Origin: Amphiscolops sp. MND2022 | Taxonomy: Eukaryota | NCBI GenBank assembly: GCA_964187785.1 | Contig: OZ076409.1 | Span: 37,264,001 to 37,328,000 of the forward strand | Reading direction: 5' to 3' | DNA length: 64,000 nt | Shown here: one piece after another, positions 22,511 through 37,497 of the stretch | How the letters are laid out: each line of letters opens with the position of its first letter | Position numbering within the stretch: position 1 is the first letter of the stretch | Program-made: the position numbers and the translations under genes | The notes under the pieces: model-generated | Databases searched by the model: none | What the model saw: the letters and a program-made list of their open reading frames with translations, nothing else | What the model was told of the DNA's origin: nothing

Positions 22511-25500
22511 GCACTTTACGCAATTGTTTGAAGGCAGAGAATATCGCTGTGACATTACTTCTCATTTAATTTTTTGGACAAAATCTTCATTGAAGCTCGT
22601 CTCAAATATCTCAATGTTGAACAAGCCGGGAACGGCCAAAGTCGGCGCTATATCTAAGGCTCAAAATTGTGAAAGAAGGCCCTTTGGGCTTTGTGAAACT
22701 CCAGTTGGTTGCAAAAAATATGAAAAGGGGACCCTTGAAAGATTTTTTAAAATTTCGGAAAAAAAATTAAAATGAGATTTTTGAACAGTGTCATAGTGCC
22801 GAAAAATGTAAAAGGGGGGACCTTTTGGGATTTTTTGACATCCATTGTTTTGCGAAATGTTGAAACAAACGAAGGGAAGACCTTTTGGTGGAATTCAAAA
22901 ACATTCAAAAAAATGTCGCATGGTGCCGAAAAAAATCTGAGTGAAAAACACCAAAGGGGGGATCCTATGTTTTCGAGGTTCTAGACATCAGTGTTTTTGT
23001 TTTGGACGAGGTTCTGGCGTTTCGAGTATGTTTTGGACGTCCGTAGTTCAAGTTGATGATGATGAACAAATGAACAAAGAAGTGGACCGATCGCGTTGAC
23101 TGACGAAAAAAAACTGTAAGAGTCGTGCATTTTCTTCGAAAACGTTGACCAAAAACATGGCTGAGGATATCTACAGCAGAAAACTGTCATAACATTTAGG
23201 GACAAATCCATTAAAAAAAACCCAAACATATTTTTTTCTTTTTTGTCAAATGCTAGGAACATACAGGAACCGTCGATTTCTTGGTCGAATTTATAAGTAA
23301 ATAGACCAAATGAGATAAAAATTGTGCAATTTCATTAAAAGATCCTTGTAGATGCTGCGCAATATGTGTAACAGCTGTGAAAATGAAATGTTTGTCGAGA
23401 TTACTCAAGTCCGACTTCCAACCTTTTACAGCTTCTACAGATTGTAGTCACAGTAGCTTAATTTGTCTGTTGTTTGTAGTGAATTGTACCGAAATTGACT
23501 TTATCAAAATCTGGACTTTTCAAAGCGAAACTTACAGTAGATAGCTCTCATGAGACACGAAAGTTTATCAAAAAGAAAATTAAGTTGTAAATTCATCCAC
23601 TGTTGTATGCGCCAATGAGGTAACACAACAACTTTTTAAAACAACTCAAACAGTTTGTGCAATTTCTATCTTTGACTTAACGCCAATTTGTTTTTATTAC
23701 CCTAGTGACAGAATCCAGCTGAGCCACTCAATGGCCAAATACAATAGAATAATAGGCAATCAATCAATACCTCAACCTTCAGAAACTTCATTTGCTTTTT
23801 GATTTATTTTTTATAAAAACTCTGTGCAATTTTGTTAATCAGAAACTAAGGTTCATTAGGATTGCACAAAATGGCCTCACGGTGAAACGGATGGAATGAA
23901 AGTTCAAGTTTACTGTCGGTAGCTGGATTTTGTTTTTAGCATTATGAATATCATCTTACAAACAAGTCTTTCTGTCAAAGTAAGAACGTGACGTGGTTGA
24001 CATGGTTAAAAACTACGTAGCTGTTTAACGGAAATTAACAATCATTCATGGAGTATTACTTACCAACATGTTCTGCCGCGACAAAAACTTCGAACGGAAG
24101 CCCAGATGGTGTCAAAGTATTCAATTTCAGCGCATAGAATAGATATTTTACATTCAAGGGGGACAATCCAAGGAGGAAGAGATTTTGCGCTTTACGCAAT
24201 TGTTTGAAGGCAGAGAATATCGCTGTGACATTACTTCTCATTTAATTTTTTGGACAAAATCTTCATTGAAGCTCGTCTCAAATATCTCAATGTTGAACAA
24301 GCCGGGAACGGCCAAAGTCGGCGCTATATCTAAGGCTCAAAATTGTGAAAGAGGGCCCTTTGGGCTTTGTGAAACTCCAGTTGGTTGCAAAAAATATGAA
24401 AAGGGGACCCTTGAAAGATTTTTTAAAATTTCGGAAAAAAATTTAAAATGAGATTTTTGAACAGTGTCATAGTGCCGAAAAATGTAAAAGGGGGGACCTT
24501 TTGGGATTTTTTGACATCCATTGTTTTGCGAAATGTTGAAACAAACGAAGGGAAGACCTTTTGGTGGAATTCAAAAACATTCAAAAAAATGTCGCATGGT
24601 GCCGAAAAAAATCTGAGTGAAAAACACCAAAGGGGGGATCCTATGTTTTCGAGGTTCTAGACATCAGTGTTTTTGTTTTGGACGAGGTTCTGGCGTTTCG
24701 AGTATGTTTTGGACGTCCGTAGTTCAAGTTGATGATGATGAACAAATGAACAAAGAAGTGGACCGATCGCGTTGACTGACGAAAAAAACTGTAAGAGTCG
24801 TGCATTTTCTTCGAAAACGTTGACCAAAAACATGGCTGAGGATATCTACAGCAGAAAACTGTCATAACATTTAGGGACAAATCCATTAAAAAAACCCCAA
24901 ACATATTTTTTTCTTTTTTGTCAAATGCTAGGAACATACAGGAACCGTCGATTTCTTGGTCGAATTTATAAGTAAATAGACCAAATGAGATAAAAATTGT
25001 GCAATTTCATTAAAACATCCTTGTAGATGCTGCGCAATATGTGTAACAGCTGTGAAAATGAAATGTTTGTCGAGATTACTCAAGTCCGACTTCCAACCTT
25101 TTACAGCTTCTACAGATTGTAGTCACAGTAGCTTAATTTGTCTGTTGTTTGTAGTGAATTGTACCGAAATTGACTTTATCAAAATCTGGACTTTTCAAAG
25201 CGAAACTTACAGTAGATAGCTCTCTTGAGACACGAAAGTTTATCAAAAAGAAAATTAAGTTGTAAATTCATCCACTGTTGTATGCGCCAATGAGGTAACA
25301 CAACAACTTTTTAAAACAACTCAAACAGTTTGTGCAATTTCTATCTTTGACTTAACGCCAATTTGTTTTTATTACCCTAGTGACAGAATCCAGCTGAGCC
25401 ACTCAATGGCCAAATACAATAGAATAATAGGCAATCAATCAATACCTCAACCTTCAGAAACTTCATTTGCTTTTTGACTTATTTTTTATAAAAACTCTGT

Positions 25501-27539
25501 GCAATTTTGTTAATCAGAAACTAAGGTTCGTTAGGATTGCACAAAATGGCCTCACGGTGAAACGGATGGAATGAAAGTTCAAGTTTACTGTCGGTAGCTG
25601 GATTTTGTTTTTAGCATTATGAATATCATCTTACAAACAAGTCTTTCTGTCAAAGTAAGAACGTGACGTGGTTGACATGGTTAAAAACTACGTAGCTGTT
25701 TAACGGAAATTAACGATCATTCATGGAGTATTACTTACCAACATGTTCTGCCGCGACAAAAACTTCGAACGGAAGCCCAGATGGTGTCAAAGTATTCAAT
25801 TTCAGCGCATAGAATAGATATTTTACATTCAAGGGGGACAATCCAAGGAGGAAGAGATTTTGCGCTTTACGCAATTGTTTGAAGGCAGAGAATATCGCTG
25901 TGACATTACTTCTCATTTAATTTTTTGGACAAAATCTTCATTGAAGCTCGTCTCAAATATCTCAATGTTGAACAAGCCGGGAACGGCCAAAGTCGGCGCT
26001 ATATCTAAGGCTCAAAATTGTGAAAGAGGGCCCTTTGGGCTTTGTGAAACTCCAGTTGGTTGCAAAAAATATGAAAAGGGGACCCTTGAAAGATTTTTTA
26101 AAATTTCGGAAAAAAAATTTAAAATGAGATTTTTGAACAGTGTCATAGTGCCGAAAAATGTAAAAGGGGGGACCTTTTGGGATTTTTTGACATCCATTGT
26201 TTTGCGAAATGTTGAAACAAACGAAGGGAAGACCTTTTGGTGGAATTCAAAAACATTCAAAAAAATGTCGCATGGTGCCGAAAAAAATCTGAGTGAAAAA
26301 CACCAAAGGGGGGATCCTATGTTTTCGAGGTTCTAGACATCAGTGTTTTTGTTTTGGACGAGGTTCTGGCGTTTCGAGTATGTTTTGGACGTCCGTAGTT
26401 CAAGTTGATGATGATGAACAAATGAACAAAGAAGTGGACCGATCGCGTTGACTGACGAAAAAAACTGTAAGAGTCGTGCATTTTCTTCGAAAACGTTGAC
26501 CAAAAACATGGCTGAGGATATCTACAGCAGAAAACTGTCATAACATTTAGGGACAAATCCATTAAAAAAACCCCAAACATATTTTTTTCTTTTTTGTCAA
26601 ATGCTAGGAACATACAGGAACCGTCGATTTCTTGGTCGAATTTATAAGTAAATAGACCAAATGAGATAAAAATTGTGCAATTTCATTAAAACATCCTTGT
26701 AGATGCTGCGCAATATGTGTAACAGCTGTGAAAATGAAATGTTTGTCGAGATTACTCAAGTCCGACTTCCAACCTTTTACAGCTTCTACAGATTGTAGTC
26801 ACAGTAGCTTAATTTGTCTGTTGTTTGTAGTGAATTGTACCGAAATTGACTTTATCAAAATCTGGACTTTTCAAAGCGAAACTTACAGTAGATAGCTCTC
26901 TTGAGACACGAAAGTTTATCAAAAAGAAAATTAAGTTGTAAATTCATCCACTGTTGTATGCGCCAATGAGGTAACACAACAACTTTTTAAAACAACTCAA
27001 ACAGTTTGTGCAATTTCTATCTTTGACTTAACGCCAATTTGTTTTTATTACCCTAGTGACAGAATCCAGCTGAGCCACTCAATGGCCAAATACAATAGAA
27101 TAATAGGCAATCAATCAATACCTCAACCTTCAGAAACTTCATTTGCTTTTTGACTTATTTTTTATAAAAACTCTGTGCAATTTTGTTAATCAGAAACTAA
27201 GGTTCGTTAGGATTGCACAAAATGGCCTCACGGTGAAACGGATGGAATGAAAGTTCAAGTTTACTGTCGGTAGCTGGATTTTGTTTTTAGCATTATGAAT
27301 ATCATCTTACAAACAAGTCTTTCTGTCAAAGTAAGAACGTGACGTGGTTGACATGGTTAAAAACTACGTAGCTGTTTAACGGAAATTAACGATCATTCAT
27401 GGAGTATTACTTACCAACATGTTCTACCGCGACAAAAACTTCGAACGGAAGCCCAGATGGTGTCAAAGTTTTCAATTTCAGCGCATAGAATAGATATTTT
27501 ACATTCAAGGGGGACAATCCAAGGAGGAAGAGATTTTGC
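22511..27539. repeat. Tandem triplication of a ~1676-bp unit
   Basis: Units start at 22511, 24187 and 25862. The sequence is near-identical and the ORF translations repeat. Confidence 0.97.
22620..23155 (-). mobile_element. Non-autonomous Helentron/DINE-1-like element (also present in the other two triplicated units, at ~24296 and ~25970)
   Basis: AACAAGCCGGGAACGGCC hairpin plus AGTCGGCGCT subterminal repeat; degenerate opposite end. Confidence 0.65.
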
Positions 27540-27574
27540 TGAACTTGGTAACCTTCAACGCGAGTTTTGTCTCC

Positions 27575-30500
27575 TATTATTATTTTCCACCCATATTTCA
27601 TATATGGGAAAGGAAAATATTTAAATCAAACGGTTTTTTTACAAAATTTGCCAAGAATTAATTTATATTTAACTTTAAGGGTGTTACCCATAGAATTCAA
27701 CTCACATAAATTTAGCTTCGTGCGATATGTATTTGTAGAGAGTTTTGGAGTTTTTTTTAAAATGACGAAAATGACCCCTCAATGACAAATGACCCCGAAC
27801 ATGACAAAAATTCCCAAATTTCTCAATTTTGTAACGTTTTTATGCAATTTTTGTCATTTTTTCTGACAGACACCGCGAATTAGAATGTTGAAAACAATCA
27901 ACAGGGCACGAATTCATTCTCCAATAGTCTTCTATGAAGAGATATATGAGGTTTTGTAACAGAAAATTGACCCCAAAAATGACAAAAATTCCAAAATTTT
28001 CTGATTTTTAACAATTTTAAGCAATTTTGTCAAATTTTCGACATACTTCGTTAATTAAACTGTTGAGAACGCTCAACATGGCACGCATTTGCTGTCCGGT
28101 AGGCTTTTCAGAAAAGATAATTGATTTTTCCAAATGAAAAAGGTCTCAAACTGATACCGAAAACAACAAAAAAACACAAATTTTTCCATTTTTCAAATTT
28201 TTAAATCCATTTTTGTCAAATTTTCGACAGACTTCGTAGATTAGAATGTTGAGAAGCGTCAGCAAGGAAAAGTATTAGTCCAGTAGGCTTTTCTGAAGAA
28301 TTTGTTGCAGTTTTCCAAATGAAAAATATCTCAAGTTGGCACCAAAAAAACCCAAAATTTTCCTATTTTCAATGTTTTTATGCAATTTCTGTCACGATTT
28401 CGACAGACTCCGTAGACTGGAATGTTGAAAACGTTCACCAAGGTAGCAGTTTGTTGTCCGGTAGTTAAGGATGAGATAGTTTTAGTTTTTTGATTGAAAA
28501 AGTCTCAACTTGACACCGAAATTGACAAAAGTCCCAAAATTTTTCAATTTTCAATGTTCTATGCAGTTTTTCTTAAAAATTTTCAACACACTCCGGAGAT
28601 TGGAATGTTGGAAAGTGTCAACAAGGAACAAATGTTTTCCCGTATGCTTAGTGGAACGATAAATGCAGTTTTTCAAATGAAAACTGTCTGGAATTGACAT
28701 CAAAAAAGAAAAAATTTCAAAAATGTTCTATTTTCATCATTTTTGTTCAATTATCGCCAAACTATCGATAGACTTTGTGAACTAGAATGTTAAAAACCCT
28801 AAACAATGAGAAAGTTGTTGTCTCTGTAAGCTTTCGACAACAGATAAGATCAATTTCTAATTCAAAAATTCTTAAAATTGACCTTGAAGTAGACGAAAAA
28901 TTCGAAGATTTTGTCGTTTTTGATGCAATTTCCGTACAATTCCCGAGAGTCTTCGTTATTAGTTCCATAACGCTCAACAACGAAAGAACGAGCTATGCAA
29001 TACTTTTTTTGAAGAGTTTTGCTTCAAAAACACCAACGTTTTTTGCTTTCATTATCATCGTTTTTAGGCAACCAATGTCTACATTTGAAGCGTTTTGGAT
29101 TCAGAAAGATGGCAAACGTTCAACAAAGATGGAACGCTTATTTCAGTCGGCCCTTAGAGAAATATTTGCAGACTTCGGGTGAAAAATGGCTCGGAGCTGA
29201 CCGCAAAAAGTCGAAAAAGTCTGAGTTTTGCTGATTTCTGACAGTTTCAGTGAATCTTGTTGAGATTGAAAAATTGTACAATAAAAGCTTCGGATAGCTC
29301 TAGATGATAAAACCAGATCCACAGCACGTTTTTAAAGAGAAATTTACATCTTTCCTCAGAAAGACCCAAATGATGCAAAAAGAGAATTTTCAAGTTGTTT
29401 TTACATTTTTAGGCAGTTTTTGTACAATTATTGAGCTGAAAAAAAAAGTTTCAAGAATTCAAAAATGTCAACAAGGGTATCCTGGTATCCAATAGGCTCT
29501 TTCGAAGATATAATTGCAATTTTTGGTTGGAATTGGTCTCAAAGCACCCCAAAATTCATTCACGCACGTTGTTTGACAAGTTATTCATAATTTTTGTTCA
29601 AACCATGAACATTTTTTTAGAATACAACTTCCATTGACCCGAGCGTTGAAACGAAAGGGTATTGACAACGCAATTTGGGGAAAGGATTGAAGTTTAATCC
29701 TTCAAATTTAGGATGAAGTTAGTCGAGTTTAGAACAAAGGTGTCAAAAGTTCCGATTTTCTTCAATTTTTAACAACATTAATCTATTTCGAACACCTTCC
29801 GAAAATTTACTTCAATCAGAAAACCCATAGGCTCCGGCTTGAAACGTGTAGCTACCGTTAGTGTTTCCAAAAGATATCAGACAAGTTTATTCGCACAACT
29901 TCCAAAAACTTTACTTTAAAACGTAACTTTCGACCTTAATGTCAAATAATAAATATTCAAAAAAAGCTTTAAGCAAAATCACTAGATATGGAGTTGACCT
30001 TCCAAAGGAAAATGTTTCGAACTATATCGTGGGTTAGAATGGTGTAAGCAATAAACAACAACTAAACTCGGTGTCCAGTAGGCCTATTTGTGAAGAGACA
30101 TCTGTAGATTCATGTTATAAGAGTTCCTCAAATTGATCCCAAAGTTGTCGGAAAAACTTCCAATTTTTGACACTTTTGGTGGAACTATGTTCGAAAATAT
30201 ACCAACCTGGGACCGCTCAAGTTCCTTACACTTGCAAATGACCTAGTTTCAAGCTTATACCATTTTCTCAGTACCAAAAATAATCCCAATGAATACTCCT
30301 GAGACTCGGAAACCACTTTTTTCCCAACAGGATTTTCAGAACGCCATAGTTTTGATTTTTTTTGGTAAAATCCTTTGAAGGCGGAACAAGTTTCAACTCA
30401 CAAACTACCTTTTTTATGTTGAAATCAACTATGAAATCAAGGGGGTACGCTTTGACCAAGTGAAAATTTCGGGAAGAGACACAGGGCCGAAAAACAGTCA

Positions 30501-30710
30501 AAATTCAACAGTCAACAAGAAACTTCATCAGTTCCACATGATTAAAAGTAACAAAGAGGTCACCCGTAAGACTTGGGAAAGTTATTTCTTTGACAGAAAA
30601 CCTCAAAAACTAAAAATTGCAAAATAAATATTTTTCGAAAATTGTTGTCGAAAAAAATGAAAAATTTCACTCGGTAAGTCGCATAGTGGCGAAAATACGA
30701 AAACTGGCCA
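27575..30710 (+). mobile_element. Large non-autonomous repeat with degenerate ~180-bp internal tandem units
   Basis: The 5' ~200 bp matches the reverse complement of ~48140-48330. ATGACAAAAATTCC recurs at 27801 and 27980, with further decayed units to ~28900. The 3' boundary is approximate. Confidence 0.55.
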
Positions 30711-32299
30711 CCTATCGCAGAAATACTAAAAGAAAGGTGTTTCCTTCAAAACTGGGCAAAGATGAATCGAAGCTTTCTTTTCTTCGAACTTCTTAGCGTT
30801 TTTATAGTGCATTAGTTATTCCTGAGCCTCAAATTTATGTAGTTGTAGAACAGTTCGGGGCGGAAAATATCTCGCTGCTCAGCGGGCGTCTTGTTATTTT
30901 ATTTGCTGGTTTTTAATTTTTTGTTTTGAAAATTAGTTTGTCAGGTTGTTCATTAACACTTCAAACGGTTTCTGAGTGATTTTTGTATTTCATTTTCGTT
31001 GTTTTTGTATTAACTGTGGCTACTCAAATTTTGGTATATCTCAAGTTAGGTTTGCCGGTAAACGGCTGTACAATTACAATTCCGGAAGCCAAACCTAACT
31101 CCGCATAGACACTTTAACTCAATCATCATTATAAAATCAGGCGAATTGAATTTTAATTGCGACATTAAATGAATTAGATCGACATTCGATTATAACAAAT
31201 GTCATAACTGTAATTGCAAGTCTTCATCTGGTGTCATCTTAATTCTCTTCAGCTACCAACTGTCGTCACTTCTTGGCTTTGCGTCAATCTAGTTAGTCAA
31301 CACATCTAAAGAACATGATTTATAGAACACCCATGAAATTTTCATTGACAAAAATTGTACAAGGTTCACGTCAGACGCTCGAGCGGTAAATGGAGTCAAC
31401 TTTCAATAGCAGATAGCAAAGAGTTGATAGCAAAAGATTCAAATAGTTCCTTGGCATACTTTATATCTTCATGGCATTTGATCTTTTTCAGTCATTAAAG
31501 ACCTGTTCAAGACATGTTTTGAATCCGGGATTTTTTCTATCAGTTACACCATCAATATCTCAACATGGGTCATGAAACCAGATCATGAAATAAGCCCCTG
31601 TTTTAACGCAAATTTTCTCTGCCATAAATTAGAATGAGCGACTTTCAACTATGAACAAGACGGGAACGTCTCAAGTCGGCGCTATATCTAAGGCTCAAAA
31701 AGCGCAAAACATTTTTTTGGAAAAAAAACTTGAAATTTTCGAAAAAAAGTTCTTTCGGAAAATGTCGCACAGTGCCGAAAAATGTAAAAGGGGGGACCCT
31801 TTTTGATTTATAAACACGCATTCTGTAGCAAAACAACAAAAAACTCAAAGGGGGGCCCTTTGGGGACATTAAAAAAATTTCGAAAAAAAGTCGCACAGTG
31901 CCGAAAAAAATCGAAATGGGGGACCCTTCAGTCCCGTCCGGCCCGTACTGACAAAATTTTGAATTCCAGGACTGCCAAGGATTCCCAAGGACTGGTAAGG
32001 ACTTGTCAAGTTCTGGACCAGTCCTTACAAGTGCCACTTTTAGCCTTACAAGTCCTGGACCAGTCCTTACCAGTCCTGGGGAATCCTGGAGATACGCTGC
32101 CCAGGACTGGAACACATAAAAAATCCAAAACCAATTCAGGGCTTATAAGGGCCAAATAGGTGCTAAATATAGTTGGAATAACTGTAATTGGGTGCGGGAA
32201 GAAGTTTTTTTCAGTATGTTACCTTACGAAAATCGTGAAAAATAGTCTCTCGTCGAATAATCATAAAATAATTTCGAAAATACTTGTTTTTTATTAATT

Positions 32300-35200
32300 T
32301 CACTGGGCAAACTGTCGAGAAAAAGTCGATACTGGCAGGGCAACCAACAAGCACCTGCATAAAAAAGCACCATTCACAATAAAACGTCAAATGAATGATG
32401 TCAAAAACCATGTTGGATGTCTCTCGAAGTCCATCAAAAAAGCAGATCAGGACCTCGAAAATATCGATTCTATAGTCTTGGCTCGCAAACTGAAAAACAG
32501 TCTACACAGACAGGGCTGCCAACAAGCAGGTGCATGAAAAAAGCCCCATTCACAAAAACAAATCAAATGAATGATCACAAAAACCATGTTGGATGTCTTT
32601 CGAAATCCATCAAAAAAGCAGATCAGAACCTCGCAAATAACCATTTTTAGTCTTGGCAGGCCAACTGACGAGCAGTCGACACTGGCAGGGCTACCAACAA
32701 GGAGGTGCAAAAAAACCATTCACAATATCACATCAAATGATTGAGCACAAAAATCATGTTGAATGTCTCTCTGAGTCCATCAAAGAAACAGATCAGGTCA
32801 TCATATTCAGATCAGGACCTCGGGAAATTTCTGATTTTTTAGTCTTGGCTCGCAAACTGAAAAACAGCGACACTGACAGGGCAACCAACGAGCAGGTGCA
32901 TGAAAAAAGCCCCATTCACAATTAAACATCAATTGAATGAGCACGAAATCCAAGTTGAATGTCTCTCTGAGTCCATCAAAGAAACAGATCAGGTCCTCAT
33001 ATACAGATCAGAACCTCAAAAAATCTGTTTTTTTACAGTTTTGGCTGGCCAATTGAGGAACAGTCGACATTAGCACTAGTACTAACGAGCAGGTGCAATA
33101 CAAAATACCATCCAAAAAAAACACATCAAATGAATGATCACAAAAACCATGTTGGATGTCTCTCGAAATCCATCAAAAAAGCAGATCAGGACATCGAAAA
33201 TATCCAATTTTATAGTCTCGGCTGGCCAATTGAAAAACAGTCGACACTGGCAGGGCTACCAACAGCAGGTGCATGAAAAAAGCCCCATTCACAATGAAAC
33301 ATCAAATGAATGATGTCAAAAACCATGTTGGATGTCTCTCGAGGTCCATCAAAAAAGCAGATCAGGACCTCGAAAATATCCAATTTTATAGTCTTGGCTG
33401 GCCAACTGAAAAACAGTCGACACTGGCAGGGCTACCAACGAGCAGGTGCATGAAAAAAGCCCCATTCACAATGAAACATCAAATGAATGATGTCAAAAAC
33501 CATGTTGGATGTCTCTCGAAGTCCATCAAAATAGCAGATCAGGACATCAAAAAAATCCGTTTTAGTCTTCGCAGGTCAACTGAGAAACAGTTGACACTAG
33601 CTGCACCACCAACGAGCAGGTACAAAAAAAGCTCCATCCACAAAAATAAAAGTGAAGAAAGACCACAAAAACCAAGTTGAATGTCTGAGTCCATCAAAGA
33701 AACAGATCAGGTCATAATATTCAGATCGGAACCTCAAAAAATCTGTTTTTTTACAGTTTTGGCTGGCCAATTGAGGAACAGTCGACATTAGCACTAGTAC
33801 TAACGAGCAGGTGCAATAAAAAGTACCTTCCAAAAAAAACCCATCAAATGAATGATCACAAAAACCATGTTGGATGTCTCTCGAAATCCGTCAAAAAGCA
33901 GATCAGGACATCGAAAATATCCAATTTTATAGTCTTGCCTGGCCAACTGAAAAACAGTCGACACTGGCAGGGCTACCAACGAGCAGGTGCATGAAAAAAG
34001 CCCCATTCACAATGAAACATCAAATGAATGATGTCAAAAACCATGTTGGATGTCTCTCGAGGTCCATCAAAATAGCAGATCAGGACATCGAAAAAATCCG
34101 TTTATAGTCTTCGCAGGTCAACTGAGAAACAGTTGACACTAGCTGCACCACCAACGAGCAGGTACAAAAAAAGCCCCATCCACAAAAATAAAGGTGAGGA
34201 ATGACCACAAAAACCAAGTTGAATGTCTCTGAGTCAATCAAAGAAACAGATCAGGTCATAATATTCAGATCGGAACCTCAAAAAATCTGTTTTTTTTTTA
34301 CAGTTTTGGCTGGCCAATTGAGGAACAGTCGACATTAGCACTAGTACTAACAAGCAGGTGCAATAAAAAGTACCCTCCAAAAAAAAACACATCAAATGAA
34401 TGATCACAAAAACCATGTTGGATGTCTCTCGAAATCCATCAAAAAGCAGATCAGGACATCGAAAATATCCAATTTTATAGTATTGGCTGGCCAACTGAAA
34501 AACAGTCGACACTGGCAGGGCTACCAACGAGCAGGTGCATGAAAATGCCCCATTCACAATGAAACATCAAATGAATGATGTCAAAAACCATGTTGGATGT
34601 CTCTCGAGGTCCATCAAAATAGCAGATCAGGACCTCGAAAATATCCAATTTTATAGTCTTGGCTGGCCAACTGAAAAACAGTCGACACTGGCAGGGCTAC
34701 CAACGAGCAGGTGCATGAAAAAAGCCCCATTCACAATGAAACATCAAATGAATGATGTCAAAAACCATGTTGGATGTCTCTCGAGGTCCATCAAAATAGC
34801 AGATCAGGACATCGAAAAAATCCGTTTATAGTCTTCGCAGGTCAACTGAGAAACAGTTGACACTAGCTGCACCACCAACGAGCAGGTACAAAAAAAGCCC
34901 CATCCACAAAAATAAAGGTGAGGAATGACCACAAAAACCAAGTTGAATGTCTCTGAGTCAATCAAAGAAACAGATCAGGTCATAATATTCAGATCGGAAC
35001 CTCAAAAAATCTGTTTTTTTACAGTTTTGGCTGGCCAATTGAGGAACAGTCGACATTAGCACTAGTACTAACAAGCAGGTGCAATAAAAAGTACCCTCCA
35101 AAAAAAAACACATCAAATGAATGATCACAAAAACCATGTTGGATGTCTCTCGAAATCCATCAAAAAGCAGATCAGGACATCGAAAATATCCAATTTTATA

Positions 35201-37497
35201 GTCTTGGCTGGCCAACTGAAAAACAGTCGACACTGGCAGGGCTACCAACGAGCAGGTGCATGAAAATGCCCCATTCACAATGAAACATCAAATGAATGAT
35301 GTCAAAAACCATGTTGGATGTCTCTCGAGGTCCATCAAAATAGCAGATCAGGACCTCGAAAATATCCAATTTTATAGTCTTGGCTGGCCAACTGAAAAAC
35401 AGTCGACACTGGCAGGGCTACCAACGAGCAGGTGCATGAAAAAAGCCCCATTCACAATGAAACATCAAATGAATGATGTCAAAAACCATGTTGGATGTCT
35501 CTCGAAGTCCATCAAAAAAGCAGATCAGGACCTCGAAAATATCTGTTTTTATAGTCTTGGCTGGTCAAATGAGAAACAGTCAACACTGGCGGGGCTACCA
35601 ACAAGCACCTGCATAAAAAAGCACCATTCACAATAATACATCAAATGAATGAGAACAAAAAACCATGTTGGATGTCTCTCGAATTCCATCAAAAAAGCAG
35701 ATCAGGACCTCGAAAATATCTGATTCTATAGTCTTGGCTCGCAAACTGAAAAACAGTCTACACAGACAGGGCTGAAAAAAGCCCCATTCACAATAAAACG
35801 TCAAATGAATGATGTCAAAAACCATGTTGGATGCATCTCGAGGTCGATCAAAAAGGCAGATCAGGACCTCGAAAAGATCTGATTTTATAGTCTTGGCTCG
35901 CCAACTGGAAAAGTCGACACTGGCAGGGCTACCAACGAGCAGGCGCATGAAAAAAAGCCCCATTCATTATGAACCATCAAATGGATGAGCACGAAATCCA
36001 AGTTGAATGTCTCTCTGAGTCCATCAAAGAAACAGATCAGGTCCTCATATTCAGATCAGAACCTCAAAAAATCTGTTTTTTTTTACAGTTTTGGCTGGCC
36101 AATTGAGGAACAGTCGACATTAGCACTAGTACTAACAAGCAGGTGCAATAAAAAGTACCATCCAAAAAAACACATCAAATGAATGATCACAAAAACCATG
36201 TTGGATGTCTCTCGAAATCTATCAAAAAGCAGATCAGGACATCGAAAATATCCAATTTTATAGTCTTGCCTGGCCAACTGAAAAACAGTCGACACTGGCA
36301 GGGCTACCAACGAGCAGGTGCATGAAAAAAGCCCCATTCACAATGAAACATCAAATGAATGATGTCAAAAACCATGTTGGGTGTCTAACGAGGTCCATCA
36401 AAAAAGCAGATCAGGAACTCGAAAATATCCAATTTTATAGTCTTGGCTGGCCAACTGAAAAACAGTCGACACTGGCAGGGCTACCAACGAGCAGGTGCAT
36501 GAAAAAAGCCCCATTCACAATGAAACATCAAATGAATGATGTCAAAAACCATGTTGGATGTCTCTCGAGGTCCATCAAAATAGCAGATCAGGACATCGAA
36601 AAAATCCGTTTATAGTCTTCGCAGGTCAACTGAGAAACAGTTGACACTAGTTGCACCACCAACGAGCAGGTACAAAAAAAGCCCCATCCACAAAAATAAA
36701 GGTGAGGAATGACCACAAAAACCAAGTTGAATGTCTCTGAGTCAATCAAAGAAACAGATCAGGTCATAATATTCAGATCGGAACCTCAAAAAATCTGTTT
36801 TTTTACAGTTTTGGCTGGCCAATTGAGGAACAGTCGACATTAGCACTAGTACTAACAAGCAGGTGCAATAAAAAGTACCCTCCAAAAAAAACACATCAAA
36901 TGAATGATCACAAAAACCATGTTGGATGTCCCTCGAAATCCATCAAAAAGCAGATCAGGACATCGAAAATATCCAATTTTATAGTCTTGGCTGGCCAACT
37001 GAAAAACAGTCGACACTGGCAGGGCTACCAACGAGCAGGTGCATGAAAATGCCCCATTCACAATGAAACATCAAATGAATGATGTCAAAAACCATGTTGG
37101 ATGTCTTTCGAGGTCCATCAAAATAGCAGATCAGGACATCGAAAAAATTCGTTTTAGTCTTCGCAGGTCAACTGAGAAACAGTTCACACTAGCTGCACCA
37201 CCAACGAGCAGGTTTAAAAAAAAGCCCCATCCACAAAAATAAAAGTGAGGTATGACCACAAAAACCAAGTTGAATGTCTGAGTCCATCAAAGAAACAGAT
37301 CAGGTCATAATATTCAGATCGGAACCTCAAAAAATCTGTTTTTACAGTTTTGGCTGGCCAAATGAGAAACAGTCAACACTGGCGGGGCTACCAACAAGCA
37401 CCTGCATAAAAAAGCACCATTCACAATAAAACGTCAAATGAATGATGTCAAAAACCATGTTGGATGTCTCTCGAAGTCCATCAAAAAAGCAGATCAT
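32300..37497. repeat. ~177-bp satellite array with higher-order repeats
   Basis: GCAGATCAGG recurs at 33181, 33357 and 33534. Three or more monomer variants recur in ~540-bp and ~720-bp blocks. Confidence 0.95.

Noticed and set aside
27407..27601. Minus-strand ORF ending at a GTAAGT donor-like site (repeated in the triplication)
   Set aside because: Short, with no recognisable homology or partner exons.
32300..37497. CRISPR-like regular repeats and repeated short ORFs (MKKAPFTMKHQ...)
   Set aside because: Whole monomers repeat with no unique spacers and no cas genes; the ORFs are by-products of the satellite.
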